64,000 bases of DNA. Origin: an uncultured Clostridia bacterium. GTDB lineage: Bacteria; Bacillota; Clostridia; Oscillospirales; CAG-272. Shown here in pieces: positions 10,659 through 21,116 of this stretch. Location: assembly GCA_947588825.1 (NCBI GenBank), contig CANPZU010000009.1, positions 40 through 64,039 of the forward strand, given 5' to 3'. The notes beneath the pieces are model-generated. The model was not told the origin of the DNA. It made no database searches and was given only the letters and a program-made list of their open reading frames with translations. The stretch's first letter is position 1, and each line of letters opens with the position of its first letter. A program made the position numbers and the translations under genes.

Positions 10659-11357
10659 ATGAACATAAAGATTGCAATCTGCGACGACGAAGCGAATCAG
10701 ATCTGGCTTATACGTTCTCTTGTCCAAAAATGGAGCCGGACATTCGACTGCAAATGTGACATTTCAGTCTTTTCCAGCGCCGAGGCGTTTTTGTTTGAAT
10801 ACAGTGAAAACAGGGCATACGACATTTTGCTTCTCGATGTGCAAATGAATGAAATTTCGGGCATAGAGCTTGCAAAAAGAATAAGAAATGATAACTCGCG
10901 GGCAGAGATAATATTCATTTCCTCTCATTTTGAATATGCGGGAGAGGGGTACGACGTTGAGGCGCTCAATTTTCTCACCAAACCGATAAACGAGGAAAAA
11001 CTGTTTTTTGTGTTGAATCGCGCAAAAGAAAGAGTGCTTAGCGAGCCGGCTTATGTGATTATAACGTCAAACGGCGAAACGATGAAGCTTTATGAAGATA
11101 AAATTATTTACATAGAGTCGTTTCGGCATTACGTGTACGTGCGCACAGAGAATGACGAACACAGGGTAAAAGAAAACATTTCCGACTTTCAGGAACGTCT
11201 TAGTGCAGACTTTTTCAGGATACACCGCTCTTATATAGTCTCACTTAAAAAAATAACAAAAATCACCCGCAGGTCGGTTTTTCTCGGAAAGCTTGAGCTT
11301 CCGCTTTCAAGAGATAAATACGACGAAGTAAACCGTGCGTTCATCGAGCGCAACTGA
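10659..11357 (+). CDS. LytR/AlgR-family response regulator (receiver + LytTR DNA-binding domain)
   Basis: The receiver has IAICDDE ... LLLDVQM. The C-terminal half has LytTR-type features (FFRIHRSYIVSL..I). AAAGGAG is upstream. Confidence 0.9.
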   Translation: MNIKIAICDDEANQIWLIRSLVQKWSRTFDCKCDISVFSSAEAFLFEYSENRAYDILLLDVQMNEISGIELAKRIRNDNSRAEIIFISSHFEYAGEGYDVEALNFLTKPINEEKLFFVLNRAKERVLSEPAYVIITSNGETMKLYEDKIIYIESFRHYVYVRTENDEHRVKENISDFQERLSADFFRIHRSYIVSLKKITKITRRSVFLGKLELPLSRDKYDEVNRAFIERN

Positions 11358-11365
11358 CAGAAAAA

Positions 11366-12016
11366 ATGAGAAAGAAAACATTTATAAAGCTTGCGAAATA
11401 TCAGGCGGAGCAGTCGAGAGTGCACCTTGAAGAGGTGCGGAGCATTCACAGTGAAATGAGAGGCTACAAGCACGACTTTCACCACCATCTCCAAACCCTT
11501 AAGGGTCAGCTTGAGGCGGGAGAAACAGAGCGCGCCCTTGAGTATATTGACTCACTTGACGGAGCGCTGATGAACGTTGACACATTAATAAAAACGGGAA
11601 ATGTCTCCCTTGACGCCATTATGTCGGCAAAAATATCTCAGGCAAAGTCGGAAAACATATCGATAAACATTAAAGCAACGGTTCCCGAGGAGCTTGACAT
11701 AACCGATGTGGAACTTAGTATCATTGTGGGAAACCTGCTTGAAAACGCGGTTGAGGCGGCAAAAAACTCCCTCGGGGAGAGATTTATCAGAATTTATATG
11801 GCGATGAAAGGAAATATGCTTTATTTTTCAATGCTAAACTCGTCGGGAAAAAAGCAAATAAAAAGCAGCGGAATATTTTCTTCAAAAAAAGACGGGCTTC
11901 ACGGCTTCGGACTGCGAAGAGCAGAAAGCATAATAAAGGATCACGGCGGCTGGTTGAAATACAACAGCGAAGAAGGCGCTTTCACAAGCGAATTTCTCGT
12001 TCCCGCAATAAAATAA
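11366..12016 (+). CDS. Cytoplasmic GHKL histidine kinase (AgrC/HPK10-like catalytic core, no membrane sensor)
   Basis: 216 aa. The H-box YKHDFHHHL, N-box IVGNLLENAVEA and G-box HGFGLRRAESII are present. No hydrophobic segments are seen. The gene starts 8 nt after the regulator stop. Confidence 0.8.
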   Translation: MRKKTFIKLAKYQAEQSRVHLEEVRSIHSEMRGYKHDFHHHLQTLKGQLEAGETERALEYIDSLDGALMNVDTLIKTGNVSLDAIMSAKISQAKSENISINIKATVPEELDITDVELSIIVGNLLENAVEAAKNSLGERFIRIYMAMKGNMLYFSMLNSSGKKQIKSSGIFSSKKDGLHGFGLRRAESIIKDHGGWLKYNSEEGAFTSEFLVPAIK

Positions 12017-12025
12017 GCTACAATT

Positions 12026-12069
12026 CGTGTACCGTATAAAACATTTGGTGCACGGATTTACTTTTTTTG
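12026..12069 (+). terminator. Possible terminator/attenuator between the kinase and ABC genes
   Basis: CGTGTACC-13 nt-GGTGCACG stem, with a T7 run 7 nt downstream. Confidence 0.4.
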
Positions 12070-12109
12070 TTCGCACCGATATAGAATAAGCGTGAAAGGA
12101 GTGATAAAT

Positions 12110-13990
12110 TTGAAAAAGAAAAGTAAAGAAAAAGAAAAAAAGAAAAAACCCTATAAATCGGCACTCAGCAACACCATTTGGTGCTTTGGAAAACTCATGA
12201 AGGAATCTCCCTTGGTGTTTTTTCTCTCGCTTATTATGTTAATACCGGTTGAGGTCGCTCTCTCATACCTTGGAATTTACATTCCCTCGCTTGCGGTGGC
12301 GGAAGTGACTTCGGGACACTCATTTTACCGTGCGGCGCTTGCGCTTACAATTGTACTTACAGCCGTTTTTGTTCTTGAACTTCTTCGTGACGCATTTAAT
12401 TTGCTTCGGGAGAAAAAAGTAGACTATTATCGATTCCGCTGCTCCGCCATGATCAACAAAAAGAGCATGGAGCTGCTCTATGAGGTAAACGAGAAAAAAG
12501 AAAATCGGGATATGAGGGACCGCGGACAAAGGGCAACGCAGAACTGGAACTCAAGTATACCGATAGTTGACCTTCCCGCAAACAGCATCATGCTTATAAA
12601 AAACGTCATATGCTATCTCCTTTTCGGAAGCATAATTTCATTTGTCTCTCCTTGGCTTATTCCCATTCTCACGATTGCTCCGGCAATAAACTGGCTGTGC
12701 GCCAAAGCGTACAGAAGCTGGGAATACAACAATCGAAGCAAGTGGACCTCCATTGACAGCAAGCTTTGGTATGTGCAAAACGCCCCTTCCGACTTTGCCG
12801 CCGCAAAGGACATAAGAATTTACGGTCTTGCGGGGCTGTTTCGTCAAATGTACTTTGACCTTACCAAAGAGAGGATAAAGTGGGACAGAAAAAGCGCGCT
12901 TCGAAACTTTCTTTCACGGCTTGCCGACCTTGCCGTGATACTTATAAGGGACGGCGCCGCCTATGCGCTTCTTATCTCCATGACCCTTTCGGGTAAAATA
13001 GGCGCTAACTTGTTTGTGCTTTATTTTGCCGCAATATCCTCATTCGCCTCGTTTATCGGCGAGATAATGAGCAGTTGGAACAACCTCCACTCGGCAAGTC
13101 TTTATATCTGCGATTTTCGTGAGTATATGAATATTCCAAATGAAGACAAAGGCGAAAAAGAGGATATAAAAGGGCATCTTGAGTACGCTCCCGAAATTAC
13201 CTTTCGGCATGTATACTACAAATACGCGGGTGCTGAAAAATACACCCTTGAAGATATAAATTTCACGATAAAAAAAGGTGAAAAGTTGGCGCTTGTGGGA
13301 CTTAACGGAGCGGGAAAAACCACTCTTGTAAAACTGCTTTGCGGTCTTTATCTTCCCACAAAGGGCGAAATACTTATAAACGGCGTGCCGGCTTCCAAAT
13401 TCGGGCGAAAGGATTATTTTAAGCTTTTCTCTCCCGTCTTTCAGGACATTCACCCGGGATTTTTCTCGCTTGCCGAGATTGTATCGGGAAAGGTTTGCGC
13501 CAAAAACGGCGAATGCGACCTTGACAGAGTCGAATCCTGCATAAGGCAGGCGGGACTTGCGGGAAAGCTTGACAGCCTCAAAGGCGGCATTCACACGCGC
13601 ATCGATAAACAGGTGAACAAAGACGCAATTGAGCTTTCGGGAGGGGAGCTTCAAAAGCTTATGCTTGCAAGGGCGCTTTACAAGAACGCGCCGGTCCTTG
13701 TGCTTGACGAGCCGACCGCCGCCCTTGACCCGATAGCGGAAAATAAGATATATCTCGAATATCAGAAAATGACAAAGGGCAAGACGTCGCTCTTTATATC
13801 TCACCGACTTGCCTCGACCCGTTTCTGCGACAGAATCATATACCTTCACGAGGGAAAAATCAGCGAGGTGGGCAGTCACGAGGCGCTTTTGGCGCAAAAT
13901 AAGGAGTATTGCAGGCTGTATAACATGCAAAGCGTGTGGTACCGCGAAGATTACAAAAAAGGAGAGGAGAGAGAAAATGAAGCTTTCTGA
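12110..13990 (+). CDS. ABC exporter, fused permease/ATPase subunit 1
   Basis: An N-terminal six-helix type TMD is followed by an NBD with Walker A GLNGAGKTT, signature LSGGELQK and Walker B VLVLDEPT. The start is taken at TTG, 8 nt after AAAGGAG. Confidence 0.9.
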   Translation: MKKKSKEKEKKKKPYKSALSNTIWCFGKLMKESPLVFFLSLIMLIPVEVALSYLGIYIPSLAVAEVTSGHSFYRAALALTIVLTAVFVLELLRDAFNLLREKKVDYYRFRCSAMINKKSMELLYEVNEKKENRDMRDRGQRATQNWNSSIPIVDLPANSIMLIKNVICYLLFGSIISFVSPWLIPILTIAPAINWLCAKAYRSWEYNNRSKWTSIDSKLWYVQNAPSDFAAAKDIRIYGLAGLFRQMYFDLTKERIKWDRKSALRNFLSRLADLAVILIRDGAAYALLISMTLSGKIGANLFVLYFAAISSFASFIGEIMSSWNNLHSASLYICDFREYMNIPNEDKGEKEDIKGHLEYAPEITFRHVYYKYAGAEKYTLEDINFTIKKGEKLALVGLNGAGKTTLVKLLCGLYLPTKGEILINGVPASKFGRKDYFKLFSPVFQDIHPGFFSLAEIVSGKVCAKNGECDLDRVESCIRQAGLAGKLDSLKGGIHTRIDKQVNKDAIELSGGELQKLMLARALYKNAPVLVLDEPTAALDPIAENKIYLEYQKMTKGKTSLFISHRLASTRFCDRIIYLHEGKISEVGSHEALLAQNKEYCRLYNMQSVWYREDYKKGEERENEAF

Positions 13991-15809
13991 GCATATCAAA
14001 ATATATATTCGTTCCCTAAAGCTGATGCTTGAGCTGAGCCGTGAATACTTTGTGCTTTTAATACTTCAAAACGTGATCTCGGCTATTATTCCGTTTGTGC
14101 CGATTTACTTTTCGGCAAAGCTGATTGACTCGCTTATAGAATCGGCTCCGATAGAAACGCTTGTGTTATATGTAGTTCTGACCGTCGGTCTTGTCTTTCT
14201 TCTTAACGTTTTAAACACATTTATTATTGCAAGACACAATATCGCCTCAGGAAAAATGTATCAGAGCTATAACTGGAAATTTTCCGAAAAAGCGATGGAA
14301 TTTGCGTATGAGGAGCTTGAAAAACGCGATATAACCCTGCTTCGTGACAGGATACAGGCGGAGCGGCAGTATGGGTACAACATATTTTTTCTTTACAGCG
14401 CGACCCGCTCTCTTATTACAAACGCAGTGAGGATTTTAACCTCCTTTGCGCTTTGCACATCCTTTTTCCTTACAAAAAGCATACCTCTTTATTTAAAGCT
14501 TATACTGATCTTTTCGGTGATTTTAATAGTTGTCGTCGGCATTCTCATTCAAAACAGGAATGAAAAGCTTCAAAGAAATTATATGGATGAAGAGATTGAG
14601 CTGAACATTCTGTATGAAAAGCTGATAGACTACATGAATAATTACAGCAGCGGCAAGGATATACGTCTGTATGACATGGCGGATAACCTTGAGAAATATG
14701 AGATTGACACAATTTTCGCAAGTCTTGATAAATATCATTACTTTAATAAAAAACGGTTTTTCTCGGGCGGTATAAACAAAATATTAAACGCCGCGCTCGG
14801 CTTGTTTTTGTATCTGCTTCTCATTTATGCGGCGCTTGACGGAGGCATCAGCGTCGGCTCGATTGCAAAATACGTCAGCTCATTAACCATAATGCTTGGC
14901 GCGCTCTCGGGGATTGTCGGCGCAGTGCAGAGAACTATTACAAACAGCGAATATATGAAGCGCTTTTTCTCCTACTTTGACATAAAGAACAATATGTATA
15001 AAGGCTCTCTCACGGTTGAAAAAAGGGATGACAACGAGTATTTTGTTGAATTTAAAAACGTCTCCTTCAAGTACCCGCAAAGTGAAACTTGGGCGCTAAA
15101 AAACGTCAATATCAAATTCAAAGTCGGCGAAAAGCTGGCAGTGGTCGGAATGAACGGGAGCGGAAAAACCACTTTCATTAAGCTGATGTGCAGACTGTAC
15201 GACCCGACCGAGGGTGAAATACTTTTAAACGGCGTGAATATTAAAAAATACGACTATGACGAATATCTTTCTCTCTTTTCGGTCGTCTTTCAGGATTTTC
15301 GCCTCTTTGCCTTCACGCTCGGGCAGAACGTTGCGGCAAGCGCAGTATACGACCGCGAAAAAGCGGAAAGAGCGCTTATTATGGCGGGGTTTGGCGAAAG
15401 GCTTTCAACGATGAAAAAAGGGTGCGACACCTATCTTCACAAGAATTGCGACGACGAGGGGGTTGAAATATCGGGCGGCGAGGGACAGAAAATAGCTCTT
15501 GCAAGAGCGCTTTACAAGGACGCGCCCTTCATCGTCCTCGACGAACCCACCGCTGCTCTCGACCCTGTTTCGGAGTATGAGGTGTACAGCAAATTCAGCG
15601 AGATAGCGGGCGAAAAGACGGCAATCTATATCAGTCACCGCCTTGCCTCCTGCCGTTTCTGCGATAAAATCGCAGTTTTTGACAACGGCAGTATAGTGCA
15701 AATCGGCTCGCACGAAGCACTGCTTTTGGACAACCGGGGAAAATACAGCGAGCTTTGGAACGCCCAGGCGCAGTACTACGTCGACAATAAAATAAAAGAT
15801 AACATATGA
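13977..15809 (+). CDS. ABC exporter, fused permease/ATPase subunit 2
   Basis: TMD plus NBD with GMNGSGKTT, ISGGEGQK and FIVLDEPT. ATG 13977 (MKLSEH) overlaps the subunit 1 stop by 14 nt, which suggests translational coupling and a heterodimer. Confidence 0.9.
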   Translation: MKLSEHIKIYIRSLKLMLELSREYFVLLILQNVISAIIPFVPIYFSAKLIDSLIESAPIETLVLYVVLTVGLVFLLNVLNTFIIARHNIASGKMYQSYNWKFSEKAMEFAYEELEKRDITLLRDRIQAERQYGYNIFFLYSATRSLITNAVRILTSFALCTSFFLTKSIPLYLKLILIFSVILIVVVGILIQNRNEKLQRNYMDEEIELNILYEKLIDYMNNYSSGKDIRLYDMADNLEKYEIDTIFASLDKYHYFNKKRFFSGGINKILNAALGLFLYLLLIYAALDGGISVGSIAKYVSSLTIMLGALSGIVGAVQRTITNSEYMKRFFSYFDIKNNMYKGSLTVEKRDDNEYFVEFKNVSFKYPQSETWALKNVNIKFKVGEKLAVVGMNGSGKTTFIKLMCRLYDPTEGEILLNGVNIKKYDYDEYLSLFSVVFQDFRLFAFTLGQNVAASAVYDREKAERALIMAGFGERLSTMKKGCDTYLHKNCDDEGVEISGGEGQKIALARALYKDAPFIVLDEPTAALDPVSEYEVYSKFSEIAGEKTAIYISHRLASCRFCDKIAVFDNGSIVQIGSHEALLLDNRGKYSELWNAQAQYYVDNKIKDNI

Positions 15810-15814
15810 ATATT

Positions 15815-15856
15815 TGCCCCGTGATAAATAAATACATGTTTATCGCGGGGCATTTA
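15815..15856 (+). terminator. Terminator after the ABC exporter operon
   Basis: TGCCCCGTGATAAA-loop-TTTATCGCGGGGCA followed by TTTAAT. Confidence 0.6.
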
Positions 15857-15867
15857 ATGTTCTTGTA

Positions 15868-15896
15868 TTGACAATAGTTAAAATAAAGTTTATAAT
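15868..15896 (+). promoter_or_regulatory. Consensus sigma-A promoter of the ABC-F gene
   Basis: TTGACA (15868-15873), a 17-nt spacer, then TATAAT (15891-15896), about 38 nt before the ATG. Confidence 0.7.
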
Positions 15897-15933
15897 TTAA
15901 TCTAATCACTCAAGATAAAACACGGGAGAAAAA

Positions 15934-17826
15934 ATGATACTTAGCTGCGAAAAGGTCTCTCTTTCGTTTGGGAGCGACGTTTTGCTTGAAAACATCGAAT
16001 TTTTTATAAACGAAGGCGACAAACTGGGAATAGTGGGAGTAAACGGAGCGGGAAAGTCGACTCTGCTTAAAATAATGTGCGGCGAGATGTCCTCTTACTC
16101 GGGAAATGTATACGTATCAAAGGGAAAGACGATCGGTTATCTTCCTCAAAACGCGGATTATTCAACCGATAAGACGGTTATCGAAACGGTATGTGACGTG
16201 TTTTCAGACCTTATCGAGCTTGAAAAAAAGCTTGAGCAGCTCAACTTCGCGGCGGCCAAAGGGGACGAAGAGGCGGCGCTGGAATTTGCCGAAAAGCATG
16301 AAAAATTTGTGGAGATGGGAGGACTCGAGTTTCGCGGAAGATGCCGCGGAGTTCTTATTTCGCTTGGTTTTGACAGTAGCTTTTTCGATATTCCGATAAT
16401 AAAGCTCAGCGGCGGACAGAAAACAAGAGTGGCGCTTGCCGCGCTGCTTCTCTCCGATCCTGATATAATAATGCTCGACGAGCCGACAAATCACCTTGAT
16501 ATCGAAAGCGTTTCATGGCTTGAAAAATATTTATACAACTGCAAAAAGACTGTCATAGTCATTTCTCACGACCGGTATTTTCTCTGTACCGTCACAAACA
16601 AGACGCTTGAGATCGAAAACAAAAGAGGAAAACTTTATAACGGCAATTACGACGTCTATGTCGCTAAGAAAAAGAAAGAGCGCGAGGTGCTCGAACATCA
16701 GTATAAGAATCAACAAAAGGAAATAGCGCGAATAGAAGCGTATATCAGGCAGCAAAAGCAGTGGAACAGGGAGAGAAACATAATTGCCGCAGAGAGCAGA
16801 CAAAAGCTCCTTGATAAAATGGAAAAGATCGAGACACCGCTCCCCGATCCCAAAAACATTCAAATCTCATTTACAAAGTCGGAGGAAAGCGGCGAAGACG
16901 TTCTTTCGGTTCGCTCCCTTTCAAAGTCCTACGGCGCAAACAACCTGTTTTCAAATCTCTCCTTTGAGCTGAAAAAAAAGGATCGGATGCTGATCATAGG
17001 ACCGAACGGCTGCGGAAAATCTACCCTTCTGAAGATACTTTGCTCTTTAATACCCCCGGATTTTGGAAAATTCGAGTACGGCTATAATGTGACAAGGGGC
17101 TATTACGATCAGGAAAATCAGAATTTGGACGAAAATCTCACGGTTATCGAGGAATTATGGCAAAGACATCCTGACAAGAGTCAAACCGAAGTGCGCTCGG
17201 CGTTAGCGCTCTTTCTTTTCAGAGGTGATGATATATTCAAACAGATCGGCGTTCTTTCGGGCGGGGAGAAGGCAAGAGTTACATTTGCAAAGCTGATGCT
17301 CTCAAAATTCAATTTGCTCTTTCTTGACGAGCCGACAAACCACCTTGACATAATGTCGCGAGAGGTGCTTGAGGACGCTCTGCTTAAATTCGAAGGGACG
17401 ATTGTCGCAGTGTCTCACGACAGATATTTTATAAATAAGCTCGCGACAAGGATACTTGCTTTTGAAAAAAACGGCACGGTATTTGATTACTCAGGTACGT
17501 ACGGAGAGTATCTTTCATACTCTGAAAAAAACATCTTAGACGAAAATGGATCCGCGCTCCCCTTAAAAAAAGAGAGCGAGTCAAAGCGACAATGGGAAAG
17601 GTCAAAGCAGCTGATTTCCGAAAAAAGAAAAAACGAGCGCTTGATAGCAAAAGCAAAAGAGGAGATGTTTTCAATCGAAAGAAGAATATCTGAAATTTCA
17701 AAAGAAGAAGAGAAAAATGCCACGGATCATGTGAGACTTACCGAGCTTTACAACGAGAAAAACGAGCTTGAAAACAAGATGCTTTCTCTTATGGAATTTC
17801 TCGAAAACAACGGGGAAGAGTACTGA
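15934..17826 (+). CDS. ABC-F family ATPase (two NBDs, no TMD; translation-factor type)
   Basis: Two cassettes are present (GVNGAGKST/LSGGQKTR/MLDEPTNHLD and GPNGCGKST/LSGGEKAR/FLDEPTNHLD). They are joined by a basic linker and followed by a coiled-coil C-terminal extension. Confidence 0.9.
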   Translation: MILSCEKVSLSFGSDVLLENIEFFINEGDKLGIVGVNGAGKSTLLKIMCGEMSSYSGNVYVSKGKTIGYLPQNADYSTDKTVIETVCDVFSDLIELEKKLEQLNFAAAKGDEEAALEFAEKHEKFVEMGGLEFRGRCRGVLISLGFDSSFFDIPIIKLSGGQKTRVALAALLLSDPDIIMLDEPTNHLDIESVSWLEKYLYNCKKTVIVISHDRYFLCTVTNKTLEIENKRGKLYNGNYDVYVAKKKKEREVLEHQYKNQQKEIARIEAYIRQQKQWNRERNIIAAESRQKLLDKMEKIETPLPDPKNIQISFTKSEESGEDVLSVRSLSKSYGANNLFSNLSFELKKKDRMLIIGPNGCGKSTLLKILCSLIPPDFGKFEYGYNVTRGYYDQENQNLDENLTVIEELWQRHPDKSQTEVRSALALFLFRGDDIFKQIGVLSGGEKARVTFAKLMLSKFNLLFLDEPTNHLDIMSREVLEDALLKFEGTIVAVSHDRYFINKLATRILAFEKNGTVFDYSGTYGEYLSYSEKNILDENGSALPLKKESESKRQWERSKQLISEKRKNERLIAKAKEEMFSIERRISEISKEEEKNATDHVRLTELYNEKNELENKMLSLMEFLENNGEEY

Positions 17827-17904
17827 GTTTGCCAAATTTTATGTAATAGTCCGTCCTCCTTATGCATATTTTTTATCAGAATAAAAATATCGGAGGATAC
17901 AAGG

Positions 17905-19050
17905 ATGAAAAAAATTAAAGCGTTTCTTACGCTTGTTTTGTGCCTGTCTGTGTTTTTTGGGGCGATTGCCCCGATAGCTGCGTTTGCCGAAATTGAGGCG
18001 GATGCGAAAAGCGTTATACTTATTGAAGCAAGGACCGGCAAGGTACTTTACGAGAACAATGCGGACGAAAGACTTCCGCCCGCCTCGGTTACGAAAATCA
18101 TGACAATGCTGCTTGTCATGGAGGCTGTTGACAGCGGGGTAATACACCTTAGCGACATGGTGTCCGCAAGCGAGCTTGCCTCCTCGATGGGCGGCTCTCA
18201 GATATATCTTGAACCGGGGGAGCAAATGAGCGTGGAGGACCTTCTCAAATCGGTCGTTATCGCCTCCGCCAACGACGCCGCCTGCGCCCTTGCCGAGTTT
18301 GTGGCAGGCAGCCATGATGAATTTGTGAGAAGAATGAACCAAAGGGCAGCAGAACTCGGCATGGTCAATACCAATTTTGAAAACACCAACGGACTTGACG
18401 ATACGACGGAAAATCACCTGACCACGGCGAGAGACATTGCGATAATGTCTGCCGAGCTTATAATCAACCACCCGAAAATACTCGAATACTCCTCGACATG
18501 GCAGGATTCTGTGCGAAACGGGGAATTCACTCTGACAAACACCAACCGACTCGTGAGATTTTACAGCGGAGCCAACGGTCTTAAAACAGGCTCCACAAGC
18601 AAGGCGAAATTTTGTATAAGCGCTTCGGCGTGTCGAGACGGTATGCAGCTTATAGCGGTTGTTATGGCCTCTTCCACAAGGGACAATCGAAATGCAACCG
18701 CAAAGGCTTTGCTTGATTACGGATTTGCGAACTTTTCGTACGCCGAGCTGTCCTCGGACAGTGATATAAGTTTAAAAGTGAACAAGGGGCAGCAAAGCAC
18801 AGTAAAGGCGGGATACGACGGCTCAAGCTATGTGGTTGGAAAGGGCAAGTCGGATAAAATACAGGTAAGCTGCGAAATTCCCGAAAGCGTCGACGCGCCT
18901 GTTAAAAAGGGAAGCGTTGTCGGAAAGGTGGTTTACACTCTTGAAGGAACAAAGATAGGAGAAAGTCCGGTGTACGCACTTGAAGACGTAAAAAAGATGA
19001 ATTTTTCCGAAATGTTCTCAAGGCTTCTTAAAAAGTATCTTTTAATTTAA
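17905..19050 (+). CDS. D-alanyl-D-alanine carboxypeptidase (peptidase S11, low-MW PBP)
   Basis: A signal peptide precedes SxxK (SVTK), SxN (SAN) and KTG (KTGST) motifs and a C-terminal PBP5_C-like domain. Confidence 0.9.
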   Translation: MKKIKAFLTLVLCLSVFFGAIAPIAAFAEIEADAKSVILIEARTGKVLYENNADERLPPASVTKIMTMLLVMEAVDSGVIHLSDMVSASELASSMGGSQIYLEPGEQMSVEDLLKSVVIASANDAACALAEFVAGSHDEFVRRMNQRAAELGMVNTNFENTNGLDDTTENHLTTARDIAIMSAELIINHPKILEYSSTWQDSVRNGEFTLTNTNRLVRFYSGANGLKTGSTSKAKFCISASACRDGMQLIAVVMASSTRDNRNATAKALLDYGFANFSYAELSSDSDISLKVNKGQQSTVKAGYDGSSYVVGKGKSDKIQVSCEIPESVDAPVKKGSVVGKVVYTLEGTKIGESPVYALEDVKKMNFSEMFSRLLKKYLLI

Positions 19051-19131
19051 AAAAACTCTTGAATATAAAGTGCAAATATAGTAAAATAAAATATAACACA
19101 ATTTAAATATGAAAAGGAATGGAAAATCAAA

Positions 19132-20466
19132 ATGACGCTTAAACTTATAGATAAATACCTTTCGAAATTTGTAAATGAAAGCGACTATGAAAGAATATTG
19201 CCTTCCCTTGAGCAGGCGCACAAAACTCTTACGAAAAGGTCCGGAAAGGGAAGCGATTTTCTCGGTTGGATTGACCTTCCCGTAAATTATGACAGGGAAG
19301 AGTTTGAAAAAATAAAAAAGGCGGCGATAAAGATACAAAATTCATGTGATATCTTTATTGTCATAGGTATCGGCGGTTCCTATCTCGGCGCGCGCGCGGC
19401 TATAGAGTTCTGCAAAGGGCAAAGATACAATTCGGTAAGAAAAAATACACCCGAGATATATTTTTCGGGTAACGACATTTCCTCATCAAATCTTGCGGAG
19501 CTGCTTGAAATGTGCGAGGGTAAGGATGTTTGCATAAACGTCATTTCTAAGTCGGGAACAACGACCGAACCCGCCATCGCCTTTCGCATTTTCAGAGACA
19601 TGCTTAATAAGAAATACGGCAGAGAAGAAGCCAAAAATCGTATTTTTGTGACTACCGATAAATGTCGAGGGAAGCTCAAGGAGTTGGCCGACGCCGAAGG
19701 ATATGAAACCTTTGTGGTGCCGGATGACGTTGGCGGAAGGTTTTCCGTTCTTACTCCCGTTGGGCTTTTGCCTATTGCCGTGTCGGGCATAAACATAGAT
19801 GAGCTGATGAAGGGCAGCGCCGACGCGCGAGAAAGGTACGCCATATGCGATATCAATAAAAACGACTGTTACAAGTATGCGGCGATAAGAAACATACTGC
19901 TTGCCAAGGGCAAAGCCGTCGAAATTTTCGTATCATATGAAAACGCGCTTAATATGACTGCGGAATGGTGGAAGCAGCTTTACGGAGAAAGCGAAGGAAA
20001 AGAGGGTAAGGGCCTTTTCCCCGCTTCGGTGTCTTTTACCACCGATCTCCATTCAATGGGGCAGTTTATTCAGCAGGGAAGCAGGGTAATGTTTGAGACC
20101 GTGATTGATATTCTAAATTCGCAAAGAGAAGTCGTTATTCCGTATGACGAGAATAACTCGGACGGACTCAACTTTATTGCGGGTAAGGATATGCATTATG
20201 TTTCACGCACGGCATTTAAGGGTACCGCCATCGCTCATACCGACGGTAACACCCCAAACATCGTTTTAGAGCTTGAAAAACGAGGGGCGTATGAGTTTGG
20301 TTATCTTGTTTACTTTTTCGAGCTTGCATGCGGAATATCGGGTTATATGTTGGGTGTCAATCCGTTTGATCAACCCGGCGTCGAAGAATACAAAAAAAAC
20401 ATGTTCGCTTTGCTCGGAAAGCCCGGATATGAAGAACTTGGGAAACGACTTTTGGATAAAATATAA
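19132..20466 (+). CDS. pgi: Glucose-6-phosphate isomerase
   Basis: 444 aa, Firmicutes-type PGI. Motifs [36 protein letters not shown] and NPFDQPGVE are present. Confidence 0.95.
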   Translation: MTLKLIDKYLSKFVNESDYERILPSLEQAHKTLTKRSGKGSDFLGWIDLPVNYDREEFEKIKKAAIKIQNSCDIFIVIGIGGSYLGARAAIEFCKGQRYNSVRKNTPEIYFSGNDISSSNLAELLEMCEGKDVCINVISKSGTTTEPAIAFRIFRDMLNKKYGREEAKNRIFVTTDKCRGKLKELADAEGYETFVVPDDVGGRFSVLTPVGLLPIAVSGINIDELMKGSADARERYAICDINKNDCYKYAAIRNILLAKGKAVEIFVSYENALNMTAEWWKQLYGESEGKEGKGLFPASVSFTTDLHSMGQFIQQGSRVMFETVIDILNSQREVVIPYDENNSDGLNFIAGKDMHYVSRTAFKGTAIAHTDGNTPNIVLELEKRGAYEFGYLVYFFELACGISGYMLGVNPFDQPGVEEYKKNMFALLGKPGYEELGKRLLDKI

Positions 20467-20534
20467 AATTGCTATTGCATTTTGAAAAAAAATATTGTAT
20501 AATATAAACAGATAATTAAATCGGAGGTATACCT

Positions 20535-20948
20535 ATGATAAAATTGATAGCAGGACTAAAGGGTTCCGGTAAAACAAAAACACTGATTCAGATGACAAAT
20601 GACGCGGGTGCGTCCTCAAACGGTTCGGTAGTTTGTATTGAAAAGGGAGATAAGCTGATTCATGAGATAAAATACACCGTCAGACTTATCGATACCGAAA
20701 AGTTTGATATAGGAAATGCGGCATCTTTATACGGCTTTATCGCGGGGATTTATGCAAGCAATCACGATATCAGCGATATATTTATCGACAGCGCTCTTAA
20801 GATTTGCGGAAACGATATAGATGACTTTGAAAAATTTGTCGAAGCTCTGCGTAATTTTATCAAGTCCAACAACCTTAATCTCAACGTGGTCATGACCGCT
20901 TCGGTAGACCAAACCTCCCTTACTCCCGGTCTTATCAAGTATCTGTAA
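20535..20948 (+). CDS. Small P-loop protein (hypothetical)
   Basis: 137 aa with an N-terminal Walker A-like GLKGSGKT. GGAGG lies 7 nt upstream. The family was not recognised. Confidence 0.55.
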   Translation: MIKLIAGLKGSGKTKTLIQMTNDAGASSNGSVVCIEKGDKLIHEIKYTVRLIDTEKFDIGNAASLYGFIAGIYASNHDISDIFIDSALKICGNDIDDFEKFVEALRNFIKSNNLNLNVVMTASVDQTSLTPGLIKYL

Positions 20949-21116
20949 GTTGATTACATATAAAACTAATAAGTAATAAAACATATGGCGGCGGCTTTTG
21001 ATGATCTTGAAAGCACGCCGCTTTGCAATTTGTTATGACATTTTATATTTATCCGCATAGAATTAAAGTAAGGCGGAATAATGCCTTAAGTTATTTCACA
21101 GGAGGAATAAAAAGAT

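Noticed and set aside
13040-13999. 319-aa ORF on the minus strand
   Set aside because: It lies entirely antisense to the ABC exporter NBD, whose plus-strand motifs (Walker A/B, signature) are unambiguous. The translated product is a low-complexity basic sequence. It is a typical shadow ORF.
15934-17826. ABC-F protein as an antibiotic-resistance (ARE) factor
   Set aside because: The leader is only about 38 nt, with no leader peptide or attenuator. The inter-NBD linker is of ordinary length. A housekeeping translation ABC-F is more likely, though this cannot be excluded without phylogeny.
17860-18471. 203-aa minus-strand ORF
   Set aside because: It is antisense to the D-Ala-D-Ala carboxypeptidase gene, which carries the SxxK/SxN/KTG motifs.
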